DNA of 61,620 bases, filler included, from Actinomycetota bacterium (GTDB taxonomy: Bacteria > Actinomycetota > CADDZG01 > JAHWKV01 > JAOPZY01), in the NCBI GenBank assembly GCA_025963875.1. It is 5 parts of 5 records of this genome, joined end to end, with 100 filler letters (N's around TTAATTAATTAA, not from the genome) between each part and the next. Parts side by side here need not be neighbours in the genome. Positions count along the whole stretch, not along the records: positions 1 to 8,664 come from JAOPZY010000147.1; 4 more parts are not named here. The stretch is one strand, 5' to 3'. Each line of letters opens with the position of its first letter. Position 1 is the first letter of the stretch. Position numbers and translations under genes: made by a program. Below are positions 1-8,764 of the stretch, in pieces. Under the pieces are notes generated by a model. The model saw only the letters and a program-made list of their open reading frames with translations, searched no databases and was not told the origin of the DNA.

Positions 1-2
1 CC

Positions 3-824
3 TTCGACCGCATCCCCGCTGCGTCCCTGGACCCGGTGTCGTTCGCCGACCTCCTGCGCCGGACGCAACCCGAGGCCGTGCCCACCAAGGCCCCCAGCCA
101 GGCCATCGAGAACGTGCCCCACGGCACGACCATCCTCGCCATCCGGTTTCAGGGCGGCGTCGTGATCGCCGGCGACCGGCGGGCCACCGAGGGCTACTCG
201 ATTGCCCACCGCTCTATCGAGAAGGTGTTCCCCACCGACGACTCCTCGGCCGTCGCCATCGCCGGGGCCGCCGGGCCGGCCATCGAGATGGTGCGCATCT
301 TCCAGACCGAGCTGGAGCACTACGAGAAGATCGAGGGCGAGCGGCTCACCCTCGAGGGCCGCGCCAACAAGCTCTCGCAGTTCATCCGGACCAACCTCCC
401 GATGGCGATGCAGGGCATGGTCGTCGTGCCCCTCTACGTCGGCTTCGACGACCAGAAGGGCTACGGCCGGATCTTCAAGTACGACGTCACCGGCGGGCGC
501 TACGAGGAGAGCGACTACTACGCGACCGGATCCGGCGGGCGGGACGCCCGGGGCACGATCAAGAAGCGCTACCGGCCGGATCTGAGCCGGGACGAGGCGG
601 TGAAGGTCGCACTGGAGGCCCTCTTCGACGCCTCGGAGGAGGACGTCGCTACCGGCGGCCCCGACGTGCTCCGCAAGATCTATCCCAACATCGCCGCCAT
701 CTCCGACACCGGCGTCGTCAAGATCGACGACGACACCATCGAGCAGCTCTTCGACGACCTGCTCGCCGAGCGGCGAGCCGCAGGGGGCGTCGAGCCCCGA
801 GAGCACGTGCCGGGCGAAGACTAG
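3..824 (+). CDS. prcB: 20S proteasome beta subunit (5' end runs off the window)
   Basis: Propeptide junction PHG/TT (catalytic Thr), GDRRAT and ATGSGG motifs. The frame is open to the window start. Lies directly upstream of prcA and pafA. Confidence 0.97.
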   Translation, partial: FDRIPAASLDPVSFADLLRRTQPEAVPTKAPSQAIENVPHGTTILAIRFQGGVVIAGDRRATEGYSIAHRSIEKVFPTDDSSAVAIAGAAGPAIEMVRIFQTELEHYEKIEGERLTLEGRANKLSQFIRTNLPMAMQGMVVVPLYVGFDDQKGYGRIFKYDVTGGRYEESDYYATGSGGRDARGTIKKRYRPDLSRDEAVKVALEALFDASEEDVATGGPDVLRKIYPNIAAISDTGVVKIDDDTIEQLFDDLLAERRAAGGVEPREHVPGED

Positions 825-845
825 GCGAGGACAGAGAAACCGACC

Positions 846-1646
846 ATGGGCCTGCCGTACTACGTCTCCCCCGAGCAGTTCATGAAGGACAAGTCCGACT
901 ACGCGCGGAAGGGCATCGCGCGGGGCAAGTCCGTGATCGCGGTCGACTACGCCGGGGGCATCCTCCTCGTTGCCGAGAACCCCTCCAAGACGCTGCACAA
1001 GATCTCGGAGATCTACGACCGGATCGCCTTCGCCGGCGTCGGCAAGTTCAACGAGTTCGAGACACTGCGCATGCACGGCGTCCGCCAGGCCGACGTCCGG
1101 GGCTACTCGTACTCCCGGGAGGACGTGTCGGCCCGGGCGGTCGCCAACAGCTATTCCCAGGTCCTCGGCCAGATCTTCACCGCCGAGCTGAAGCCCTTCG
1201 AGGTCGAGGTCCTGGTCGCCCAGGTGGGCCGCGAGGGCGAGGAGAACGAGATCTTCCATATCCTGTACGACGGGTCGGTGGCCGACGAGGCAAACTTCGT
1301 GGCCATGGGTGGCCAGTCCGAGGCCCTGACCGAGGCCATGCGGCGCTCGTTCAAGCCAGGGGCATCGCTGGCGGAGGCCCTGCGCCTCGGGGTCGACGCC
1401 CTCGGCGAGGTGGACAAGCGCGAGGTCCCGGCGAAGAACCTCGAGGTCGCGGTGCTCGACCGCAGCCGGGAGCGGCGCAAGTTCCGCCGCCTGACCGAGC
1501 GGGAGCTCGCGGAACTGCTGGGGTCGACGGCCAGGGGGGCGGGGTCGAGCAACGGTTCGAGCCCCGGATCTGGGCCGGAAACCGGCCCCCCATCGGGCCC
1601 CGAAACCGTGCCACCAGCCGAGCCAGGGCCTCCCGGTGAGACCTAA
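846..1646 (+). CDS. prcA: 20S proteasome alpha subunit
   Basis: PYYVSPEQFMKDKSDYARKGIARG and HKISEIYDRIAFAGVGK; Pro/Gly-rich C-terminal tail. Confidence 0.97.
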   Translation: MGLPYYVSPEQFMKDKSDYARKGIARGKSVIAVDYAGGILLVAENPSKTLHKISEIYDRIAFAGVGKFNEFETLRMHGVRQADVRGYSYSREDVSARAVANSYSQVLGQIFTAELKPFEVEVLVAQVGREGEENEIFHILYDGSVADEANFVAMGGQSEALTEAMRRSFKPGASLAEALRLGVDALGEVDKREVPAKNLEVAVLDRSRERRKFRRLTERELAELLGSTARGAGSSNGSSPGSGPETGPPSGPETVPPAEPGPPGET

Positions 1647-1695
1647 ACCACGGAAGGCACTCCGGTAGTCCCGCCTCCGGGTCGATACTAGTCCT

Positions 1696-3048
1696 ATGGA
1701 CCGCCGCATCTTCGGCCTGGAGAACGAGTACGGGGTGACCTGTACCTTCCGCGGGCAGCGCCGGCTGTCGCCCGACGAGGTGGCCCGCTACCTCTTCCGC
1801 CGGGTCGTTTCCTGGGGCCGTTCCTCGAACGTGTTCCTGGAGAACGGCGCCCGCCTCTACCTCGACGTGGGCTCGCACCCCGAGTACGCCACCCCCGAGT
1901 GCGACGACATCCGCCAGCTCGTCGCCCACGACAAGGCGGGGGAGCGGATCCTCGAGTCGCTGGTCAACTCGGCCGAGGCCCGACTGCGGGAGGAGGGCAT
2001 CGCCGGGCAGGTCTACCTCTTCAAGAACAACACCGACTCGGCCGGCAACTCCTACGGCTGCCACGAGAACTACCTCGTCAGCCGCTACGGCGAGTTCGGC
2101 AAGCTCGCCGAGGTGCTCATCCCGTTCTTCGTCTCCCGGCAGATCTTCACCGGGGCGGGCAAGGTGCTCCAGACCGCCCGGGGCGCCATCTACTGCATCT
2201 CCCAGCGCGCCGAGCACATCTGGGAGGGCGTCTCGTCGGCCACGACCCGCTCCCGCCCCATCATCAACACCAGGGACGAGCCCCACGCCGACGCCGAGAA
2301 GTACCGCCGGCTGCACGTGATCGTCGGCGACTCCAACATGAGCGAGTACACGACCTGGATCAAGGTGGCGACGACGGCGGTGCTGCTGCGGATGCTCGAG
2401 GAGGGCACCGTGATGCGGGACCTCAGCCTGGAGAACCCGATCCGGGCCATCCGGGAGATCTCCCACGACCTGACCTGCCGGCGCAAGGTACGCCTCGCCA
2501 ACGGGCGGGAGGCCTCGGCGATCGAGCTCCAGTGGGAGTACCTGTCCCGGGCCGCCAAGTACGTCGAGCGCCGGGACGACCCCGAGATGAAGGAGGCGGT
2601 CCGGGCCTGGGAGGAGTGCCTCGTCGCCCTGGAGGACGACTTCCTCGCCCTCGACCACAAGATCGACTGGGTGATGAAGTACCGCCTGATCGAGCGGTAC
2701 CGGGAGCGCCACAACCTCACCCTCGGCAACCCGAAGCTGGCCCTGATGGACCTCGTGTACCACGACGTCAGCCGCCGGCGGGGGCTCTACTACATGCTGG
2801 AGCGCAACGGCCTGGCGGACCGGGCGGTCACCGAGGAGGACGTCCGGATGGCGATGCACGAGGCCCCCCAGACGACCCGGGCGAAGCTGCGGGGCGAGTT
2901 CATCCGGGCTGCGAAGCGGCGCCGGCGTGACTACACGGTGGACTGGGTGCACCTCAAGCTCAACGACCAGGCGCAGCGGACGGTGCTCTGCAAGGACCCG
3001 TTCAAGTACACCGACGAGCGGGTCGCCAAGCTCATCGCCTGGCTGTAG
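1696..3048 (+). CDS. pafA: Pup-protein ligase
   Basis: [59 protein letters not shown] motifs. Confidence 0.97.
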   Translation: MDRRIFGLENEYGVTCTFRGQRRLSPDEVARYLFRRVVSWGRSSNVFLENGARLYLDVGSHPEYATPECDDIRQLVAHDKAGERILESLVNSAEARLREEGIAGQVYLFKNNTDSAGNSYGCHENYLVSRYGEFGKLAEVLIPFFVSRQIFTGAGKVLQTARGAIYCISQRAEHIWEGVSSATTRSRPIINTRDEPHADAEKYRRLHVIVGDSNMSEYTTWIKVATTAVLLRMLEEGTVMRDLSLENPIRAIREISHDLTCRRKVRLANGREASAIELQWEYLSRAAKYVERRDDPEMKEAVRAWEECLVALEDDFLALDHKIDWVMKYRLIERYRERHNLTLGNPKLALMDLVYHDVSRRRGLYYMLERNGLADRAVTEEDVRMAMHEAPQTTRAKLRGEFIRAAKRRRRDYTVDWVHLKLNDQAQRTVLCKDPFKYTDERVAKLIAWL

Positions 3049-3072
3049 AGACGCCGACCGGAGGCTGGATTT

Positions 3073-3117
3073 AGTTTCCGTCAAAAAGGGCCGTGCGCAC
3101 CCTTTTTGACGGAAACT
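3073..3117. repeat. Perfect 18-bp inverted repeat (AT-rich palindrome)
   Basis: AGTTTCCGTCAAAAAGGG, 9-nt loop, CCCTTTTTGACGGAAACT, between convergent genes. Confidence 0.9.
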
Positions 3118-3130
3118 GCCAGCAGACGCA

Positions 3131-3162
3131 CGCCGCCCCCGGCCGAACGGCTGGGGGCGGCG
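3131..3162. terminator. GC-rich hairpin, probable terminator between pafA and the cupredoxin gene
   Basis: CGCCGCCCCCGGCCG / CGGCTGGGGGCGGCG stem 20 nt past the minus-strand stop. Confidence 0.6.
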
Positions 3163-3181
3163 GTGAAACAGGGATGCGGCG

Positions 3182-4465
3182 TCAGCTGCCGACGACCAGG
3201 CTGCCGTTCATGAAGTCGTGGACCGAGCAGTGGAACGTGTAGGTTCCCGCCGCCGTGGCGTCGTTCACCTTGACGGACCATTTCTGGATCGTCGGCTGGA
3301 CGTTGTAGCCGGTGCCGACCAGGACCCCGGAGTCGACGAACGTGGTGGGGGTCTGGAGGGCCGTGCGGCTCGGGGTGTTGCCCGGGTCGAAGATGCCCCC
3401 CTTGTTCTCCCAGTCCTCGCCCGCTTCGGAGCAGGACGGCGACGGGGTCGGCGAGATCGTCGCCCCGCAGTCGAACACGAAGGGCGGCACCTGGTCGTTC
3501 TGGCCGGGCGCAGGGGCCGGCAAGACGACCGAGTGCACGTTGTGCGGGTCCGGCCACTTGTAGACCAGCTTGTCCCCGGCGACCAGGTTCAACGGCTTGG
3601 CCGGGAGGAACTCGTCGATGGCGACGTGGTTGTTGGCGGCCGCGATCCCCACGAGGACCTGGTACGTCCTGCTGCCGGGCTCGTCACCGCTGTAGTGGAC
3701 CTCATTGGCGTCCGCCTCCGCGGCAAGGGCGGCCTTGCGGTCCCGGGCGAACTGCTTGGCCGAGGCGGCGTCGATGTCGGCCTGGGTGGTCGTCGACTCG
3801 TCGGCCCCGACGACGTGGATCGTGCCCCGCATCCCCGGGTGGATCGTGCAGAACATCGTGTAGTTTCCCTCCGGCGCCGTGACGGTCCATTTGACGTCGT
3901 TCTGCACGGGGCCGGTCTGGCCGAACCCGTTCATCGGGTTGATCTCGATGTCCTTGGGACCGGAGAAGCCGCACGGCGCCTGACCCAGCGCGACATACCC
4001 GCACGGAGGCGGAGCGTTGGGATCGGCGATGATGGTCCCGCCACCCGAGGTGCTCCCCCCGACCACGGGGAAGCCCCCGGGGCCCTGCACGATTTTGGCC
4101 GCGCCGTTGGGACCGTTGGGATCGCCCTTGTCGGTGTAGCCGACGGGGTAGACGGAGCGGGCCTTGGCCTCGCTCTTGGCGAGTGCGACGACGTGGAAGG
4201 CGCCGGGAGCCACCTGGAAGTCGATGGTGTCCCCGCTGTGGATCGTGACGTCGCGGGTGAAGAAGTCCGTGTACTCGAAGACCCGACCCTTGTCGGGCTG
4301 CTGGTTGGCGGGGTCGGCGTGGTCGACCCCGATGGTGATGGTCTGCGGCGGCGGTGGTGCGGACTCCTCCGCCAGCGATGAGCTCGCCGAGAAGACAAGC
4401 GTGAATGTTGCGAGGCTGCCGAGCGCGATCGCGCGCGACCAAGCCTGGTGGACTTGCATGCACAC
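3182..4465 (-). CDS. Secreted protein with two cupredoxin (type-1 copper) domains
   Basis: Signal-like N-terminus; two His...C-x-x-H-x-x-M sites (FHVV...FCTIHPGM and VHSV...HCSVHDFM). Confidence 0.8.
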   Translation of the reverse strand: MCMQVHQAWSRAIALGSLATFTLVFSASSSLAEESAPPPPQTITIGVDHADPANQQPDKGRVFEYTDFFTRDVTIHSGDTIDFQVAPGAFHVVALAKSEAKARSVYPVGYTDKGDPNGPNGAAKIVQGPGGFPVVGGSTSGGGTIIADPNAPPPCGYVALGQAPCGFSGPKDIEINPMNGFGQTGPVQNDVKWTVTAPEGNYTMFCTIHPGMRGTIHVVGADESTTTQADIDAASAKQFARDRKAALAAEADANEVHYSGDEPGSRTYQVLVGIAAANNHVAIDEFLPAKPLNLVAGDKLVYKWPDPHNVHSVVLPAPAPGQNDQVPPFVFDCGATISPTPSPSCSEAGEDWENKGGIFDPGNTPSRTALQTPTTFVDSGVLVGTGYNVQPTIQKWSVKVNDATAAGTYTFHCSVHDFMNGSLVVGS

Positions 4466-4651
4466 CCCCCCGTGGACATGCCCCGACGCGAGCCCGGCCG
4501 GCCCTCGAGTCGAGGCGCCATATGAAGAAACGCTAACGGGTTCGAAGTCTCCAGCGCCGGGGCAACCAGGGCAAGGGTGCTAGCACCACCATCTGTGGTA
4601 TCTCCTGCCGCGGACGGGCGGGTAAACGTACACAGAGAAGTACCAGTACCG

Positions 4652-4657
4652 TAGAAT
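4652..4657 (+). promoter_or_regulatory. -10 hexamer of a probably leaderless DUF3866-pafBC transcript
   Basis: TAGAAT 7 nt before ATG 4665, no Shine-Dalgarno. Confidence 0.55.
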
Positions 4658-4664
4658 CCCCCGC

Positions 4665-5741
4665 ATGCCCCGCTTCGCCACCGGTGTCGTGTCGCAGGTC
4701 CTGGCCGAGCGCGACGGCGTCGTCCGCCTGATCGTCCGGGTGGGGGAGACCGACCGGCGGGCCACCGGGTTCACGAAGGTGATCGGCTCGGTCGCGGAGG
4801 GGGACCGGGTCGTCGTCAACACCACCGCCGTCGATCTCGACCTCGGCTCCGGGGGCGAGGACTTCGTCGTCTGGAATCTGGAGCGCACGGAGGCCGGTGA
4901 GCTCTCGGGTGGCCACATCCTCAAGCTGCGCTACACCCCCTGGCAGATCGACACCCTCGTCGCCGAGGCCCCCGAGAGCCCCCACCACGCCGCACTGGCG
5001 AGCGCGAGCGACATCGACGGCATGCCGGTGGTCGCCTGCGGCGTGCACTCACAGGTCCCGGCGGTCGCGGCGGTGCTGAAGTGCCGGAATCCCGACGTCA
5101 GCATCGCCTACCTGATGACCGACGGGGCAGCGCTCCCGCTGGCCCACAGCGATCTGGTCGCCGGCCTCAAGGACAAGGGGCTCATCGACGTCGCCATCAC
5201 GTGCGGGCACGCCTTCGGCGGCGACCTCGAGTGCGTGAACGTCTTCTCGGGCCTCGCGGCCGCCCGCCACGTGGGCGGGGCGGGGGTGGCGATCGTCGCG
5301 ATGGGGCCCGGCATCGTGGGAACCGAGACCGTGCTGGGCCACACCGGGATGGAGCAGGGGCAGACGCTGTCCGCCGCCGCGTCGCTCGGGGGCAGGCCGG
5401 TGGCCCCGGTTCGGATCAGCTTCGCCGAGGCCCGGGAACGCCACCGGGTGGTGAGCCATCACTCGCTGAGCGCGCTGCGCTACGGGGCCCTCGCCCGCTG
5501 CACGGTCGCCGTCCCGAGGCTGCCGGGCGGCCGGGAGGCCGAGGTCCTCGAGCGGCTGGCCGGCGCCGGGATCACCGACCGCCACGACGTCCGGGTGGTC
5601 GACGCGGGGGAGACCCTGGACGCCCTCGCCCACTTCGGCCTGCAGCCCATGACCATGGGGCGCTCGGTCGCCGACGACCCGGCGTTCCACCTCGCCGCCG
5701 GTGCTGCCGGGGTCGTGGCATCCGAGGGCGTGCACACGTGA
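4665..5741 (+). CDS. DUF3866 family protein
   Basis: NTTAVDLDLGSGG, GHILKLRYTPWQ, YLMTDGAALP, FGGDLECVN, VSHHS recalled as family motifs. Stop overlaps the pafB start (GTGA). Confidence 0.8.
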   Translation: MPRFATGVVSQVLAERDGVVRLIVRVGETDRRATGFTKVIGSVAEGDRVVVNTTAVDLDLGSGGEDFVVWNLERTEAGELSGGHILKLRYTPWQIDTLVAEAPESPHHAALASASDIDGMPVVACGVHSQVPAVAAVLKCRNPDVSIAYLMTDGAALPLAHSDLVAGLKDKGLIDVAITCGHAFGGDLECVNVFSGLAAARHVGGAGVAIVAMGPGIVGTETVLGHTGMEQGQTLSAAASLGGRPVAPVRISFAEARERHRVVSHHSLSALRYGALARCTVAVPRLPGGREAEVLERLAGAGITDRHDVRVVDAGETLDALAHFGLQPMTMGRSVADDPAFHLAAGAAGVVASEGVHT

Positions 5742-6739
5742 CGGTCCGCAAGGCCGAGCGGCTCCTCAACCTCATCGCCTTCCTGCTCGAGACCGACCGG
5801 CTCATCACGCCCCAGCAGATCCAGGACACGGTGCCCGGCTACGCCGACCAGTCCTGGGAGGCCTTCAAACGCATGTTCGAGCGGGACAAGGAGGCGTTGC
5901 GGGAGGTCGGCATCCCCCTCGAGGTGGCGCCCATGGCCGGCCTCGGCGAGCCCGAGGAGGGGTACCGGATCCCCAAGGACCGGTACTATCTGCCCGAGCT
6001 CGACCTTGCGGCCGAGGAGCTCGCCTCGCTGTGGCTGGCGGCGGGCCTCGTCCGCCTCCAGGACCCGACGGCGGCAAGGACCGCCCTCCTGAAGCTCGCC
6101 GGCGAGCTGCCGCCCGAGGTGGAGCGGGCCCGCCTGTCGTGGCTGAGCGCCGACCTGGGCCTGGCGGTGCCGGGCCTGCCGCGGGCCTTCGAAGCGGTGG
6201 CCGAGCGCCGGACGATCACCTTCGACTACCGGGGCCGCTCCGGCGTCCAGACCCGGACGCTCGATCCCTACGGCCTCGTGCACCGCAAGGGCACGTGGTA
6301 CCTCGTCGGCCACGACCACGACCGGGGGGAGAACCGTTCCTTCCGGCTGGACCGGGTCTCCGGCGACATCCAGTTCCGCGGCAAGGGCGGTCCGGGGGCG
6401 GACTTCGTGGCTCCGGAGGGCTTCCGCCCGCAGGAGGCGCTGGAGGTGCCGCCCTTCGTCGGGCGGGACGTCGGGCGGGACGTCGGGCGCGAGGAGGGCC
6501 TCCAGGCCGTCGACGCCCTCGTCCGCTTCGACGCCTCCACGGCCTGGTGGATCGAGCGCACCCACCCGTGGCTGCGCCTGGACTGGGAAGGCGACGGGAC
6601 CGCCTCGGCGCAGGTCCCGGTCTCGGACAACGCCGGGTTCATCTCCTGGCTGCTGTCGCTGGGCGAGGGCGTCGAGCTTCTCAAACCCGCGGCGCTGCGC
6701 GGCGAGGTGCTGGCGCGCCTGGAGGAGATCTGTGACTGA
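5738..6739 (+). CDS. pafB: HTH-WYL transcriptional regulator PafB
   Basis: GTG start 5738. KAERLLNL, AFKRMFERDKEALR, GYRI, GTWYLVG, RSFRLDRV; Pup-proteasome locus. Confidence 0.92.
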   Translation: MTVRKAERLLNLIAFLLETDRLITPQQIQDTVPGYADQSWEAFKRMFERDKEALREVGIPLEVAPMAGLGEPEEGYRIPKDRYYLPELDLAAEELASLWLAAGLVRLQDPTAARTALLKLAGELPPEVERARLSWLSADLGLAVPGLPRAFEAVAERRTITFDYRGRSGVQTRTLDPYGLVHRKGTWYLVGHDHDRGENRSFRLDRVSGDIQFRGKGGPGADFVAPEGFRPQEALEVPPFVGRDVGRDVGREEGLQAVDALVRFDASTAWWIERTHPWLRLDWEGDGTASAQVPVSDNAGFISWLLSLGEGVELLKPAALRGEVLARLEEICD

Positions 6740-7667
6740 GTCCCTCGAGGAGCGCTTCCGCCGCCTCCTGACGATGGTCCCGTACATGGTCAAGCATCCC
6801 GGCGTGTCGGTGAACGACGTCCGCAAGCGCTTCGGGATCACCCGGTCCCAGCTCGTCGCCGACCTCAACCTGCTCTTCGTCTGCGGCCTGCCGGGCTACG
6901 GTCCCGGCGACCTGATCGAGGCCTTCGTCGACGGCAGCCGGGTCTGGATCCGCCTGGCCGACTACTTCTCGCGCCCGCTGCGCCTCACCGCCGCCGAAGG
7001 GCTCCTGCTCTACTCCGGGGCGCGGGCGCTGTCGGCCGCCGGAGCCGGGGACGAGGCCCTGGAACGCGCGGTCAAGGCGCTGGAGCAGGCCCTCGGCCCC
7101 GACGTCCTCTCCCGGGTCAGCGTCGAGCTTGAGGGCGCCGGCGAGCTGGCGACGGTCCGGGAGGGCCTCTTGACCCGGCACTGCCTCCACCTCGTCTACT
7201 ACGCCCACTCCCGGGACGAGACCACCGAGCGCGACGTCGATCCCTGGGCGCTGTTCCTCTCCGGGGGCCGGTGGTACCTGGTCGGGTGGTGCCACAAGGT
7301 GGCGGACGAGCGGATCTTCCGCCTGGACCGCATCCGGTCGGTGCGCCTGCTGGAGACCTCTGCGGACGTGCCGAAGGACGTCGACCTCTCCAGGTACGAG
7401 TCCCTCTACGTCCAGGGGGCGCAGGATCACCCGGTGACGCTCGACCTCGCCCCGCAGGCCGCCGCCTGGGTGGCGGAGTCGTACCCGTTGGCGTCGCAGG
7501 AGGTCCTCGCCGACGGGTGGGTCCGGGTGCACCTGACGGCGGGGGGCACGGCCTGGCTGGAGAAGCTGTTGCTGCGGCTCGGCCCTCAGGCCCGGGTGGT
7601 CGATCCCCCCGATCTGGCCGAGCGGACGCGGCAACTCGCCTGTCGCTTAGCCCAGCGGTATCGCTGA
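6732..7667 (+). CDS. pafC: HTH-WYL transcriptional regulator PafC
   Basis: LFVCGLPGYGPGDLIE, RWYLVGWC, RIFRLDRI; overlaps the pafB stop. Confidence 0.92.
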   Translation: MTESLEERFRRLLTMVPYMVKHPGVSVNDVRKRFGITRSQLVADLNLLFVCGLPGYGPGDLIEAFVDGSRVWIRLADYFSRPLRLTAAEGLLLYSGARALSAAGAGDEALERAVKALEQALGPDVLSRVSVELEGAGELATVREGLLTRHCLHLVYYAHSRDETTERDVDPWALFLSGGRWYLVGWCHKVADERIFRLDRIRSVRLLETSADVPKDVDLSRYESLYVQGAQDHPVTLDLAPQAAAWVAESYPLASQEVLADGWVRVHLTAGGTAWLEKLLLRLGPQARVVDPPDLAERTRQLACRLAQRYR

Positions 7668-7944
7668 TCCCCTCGACCGCCAGGAATGAGCGAGTAGCAA
7701 CGTTTAGGGCGATCTGCTGCCTGGGAGGACGCAGCCCAGCACGAGCGTGTAGGTATCACGCCCGGCCCCGGCATGGGGGAACCAGTCAGTATGGGCTCTC
7801 TGGCATAGTCTAGGCAAATAGGCTAAAAGGCCTAGGCAAATTTCCCGGGGTCCATTCGGCTCAATTGCGGGTCTCGTGTGCCGATGATGGTGGCAGCAAG
7901 AACCCACCGGCGCAGAGTGAGACAAATTCAAGGGAGGGGCCGAA

Positions 7945-8334
7945 ATGGTGATCATCAAGACCACGTGTCCAAGCTGCGGCGAAGTTGACCTGACGGCCGA
8001 AAAGGTCGAACTGCGGATCGCCCTCGGCGGGACCGGCTCCTCGTACGCTTTCGATTGCCCCCGCTGCACCGACCGGGTCCGCAAGCCCGCCGATTCGCGG
8101 GTCGTCCAGCTGCTGATCTCCGGCGGCGTCTCCCCCGAGATCCTCGCCGAGAAGGCCGAGGCGCCGGTGGAGCGCACCGCCAAGGTGGCCGCAGCCCGCG
8201 ACGCCCACCCCACCCGGGCCCATGTCGTCAGCCGCCCCTCCACCCCCGCAATCACCTACGACGACCTGCTCGAGTTCCACAGGGAACTGGAGTCGGGTGT
8301 CCTCGAGAACTTCCTCCGCAACGCTGCCGCCTGA
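7945..8334 (+). CDS. Small zinc-ribbon protein of unknown function
   Basis: RBS AGGGAGG; CPSC...CPRC; C-terminal ITYDDLLEFH helix; GC3-biased codons. Confidence 0.8.
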   Translation: MVIIKTTCPSCGEVDLTAEKVELRIALGGTGSSYAFDCPRCTDRVRKPADSRVVQLLISGGVSPEILAEKAEAPVERTAKVAAARDAHPTRAHVVSRPSTPAITYDDLLEFHRELESGVLENFLRNAAA

Positions 8335-8386
8335 CCCTTCCTGGTCCGCCTTCCCCACGCCGCACCGCCCGCTCGACGCACACCCA

Positions 8387-8420
8387 AACACCCCTTCCGC
8401 CACCTGCCGGGAGGGGTGTT
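8387..8420 (+). terminator. Hairpin terminator after the zinc-ribbon gene
   Basis: AACACCCCTTCCG / CGGGAGGGGTGTT stem followed by GT. Confidence 0.55.
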
Positions 8421-8524
8421 GTGCGTCCATGGGCCGAGAGGACCTGACGGAGAATGAAGTAGGCGAGGTTGGTGCATAGGAGTCTAAAGTTCGCCCGGCA
8501 GATTCCGATAAACAGGGAGTAAAT

Positions 8525-8600
8525 ACCATTCGGGCAAACCTGTCGCGAGGCGGGGACGCAAAGTCACGGGACTCCCAGGAGTCAGCCGGACTGCACAGAG
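8525..8600 (+). ncRNA. c-di-GMP-I (GEMM) riboswitch
   Basis: GGGCAAACCTGTC-GCGA-GGCGGGGACGCAAAG-GTCACGG...AGCCGGACTGC. P2 has a GNRA loop and P3 is present. Ligand positions G20/A47/C92 map to 8533/8560/8594. Directly upstream of an RBS. Confidence 0.88.
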
Positions 8601-8611
8601 AGGAAGCATGC

Positions 8612-8664
8612 ATGCGCATCACCACCCCCATCCGGGCGCTCATCGCGGCCGGTTCCATCGCTGC
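8612..8664 (+). CDS. N-terminus of a probable secreted protein, cut by the contig end
   Basis: RBS GAGAGGAAG, then MRITTPIRALIAAGSIAA (signal-peptide-like). Confidence 0.55.
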
Positions 8665-8764
8665 NNNNNNNNNNNNNNNNNNNNNNNNNNNNNNNNNNNN
8701 NNNNNNNNTTAATTAATTAANNNNNNNNNNNNNNNNNNNNNNNNNNNNNNNNNNNNNNNNNNNN
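8665..8764. other. Artificial contig linker
   Basis: N44-TTAATTAATTAA-N44, a stop-in-all-frames spacer. Confidence 0.99.

Noticed and set aside
1520..1646. Pro/Gly repeat tail of PrcA
   Set aside because: Disordered variable C-terminal tails are usual in actinobacterial alpha subunits.
4530..4560. GGGTTCGAAG as a tRNA T-loop
   Set aside because: No T-stem pairing, acceptor stem or anticodon arm.
8709..8720. TTAATTAATTAA palindrome repeated four times in the window
   Set aside because: Assembly spacer inside N runs, not biological.
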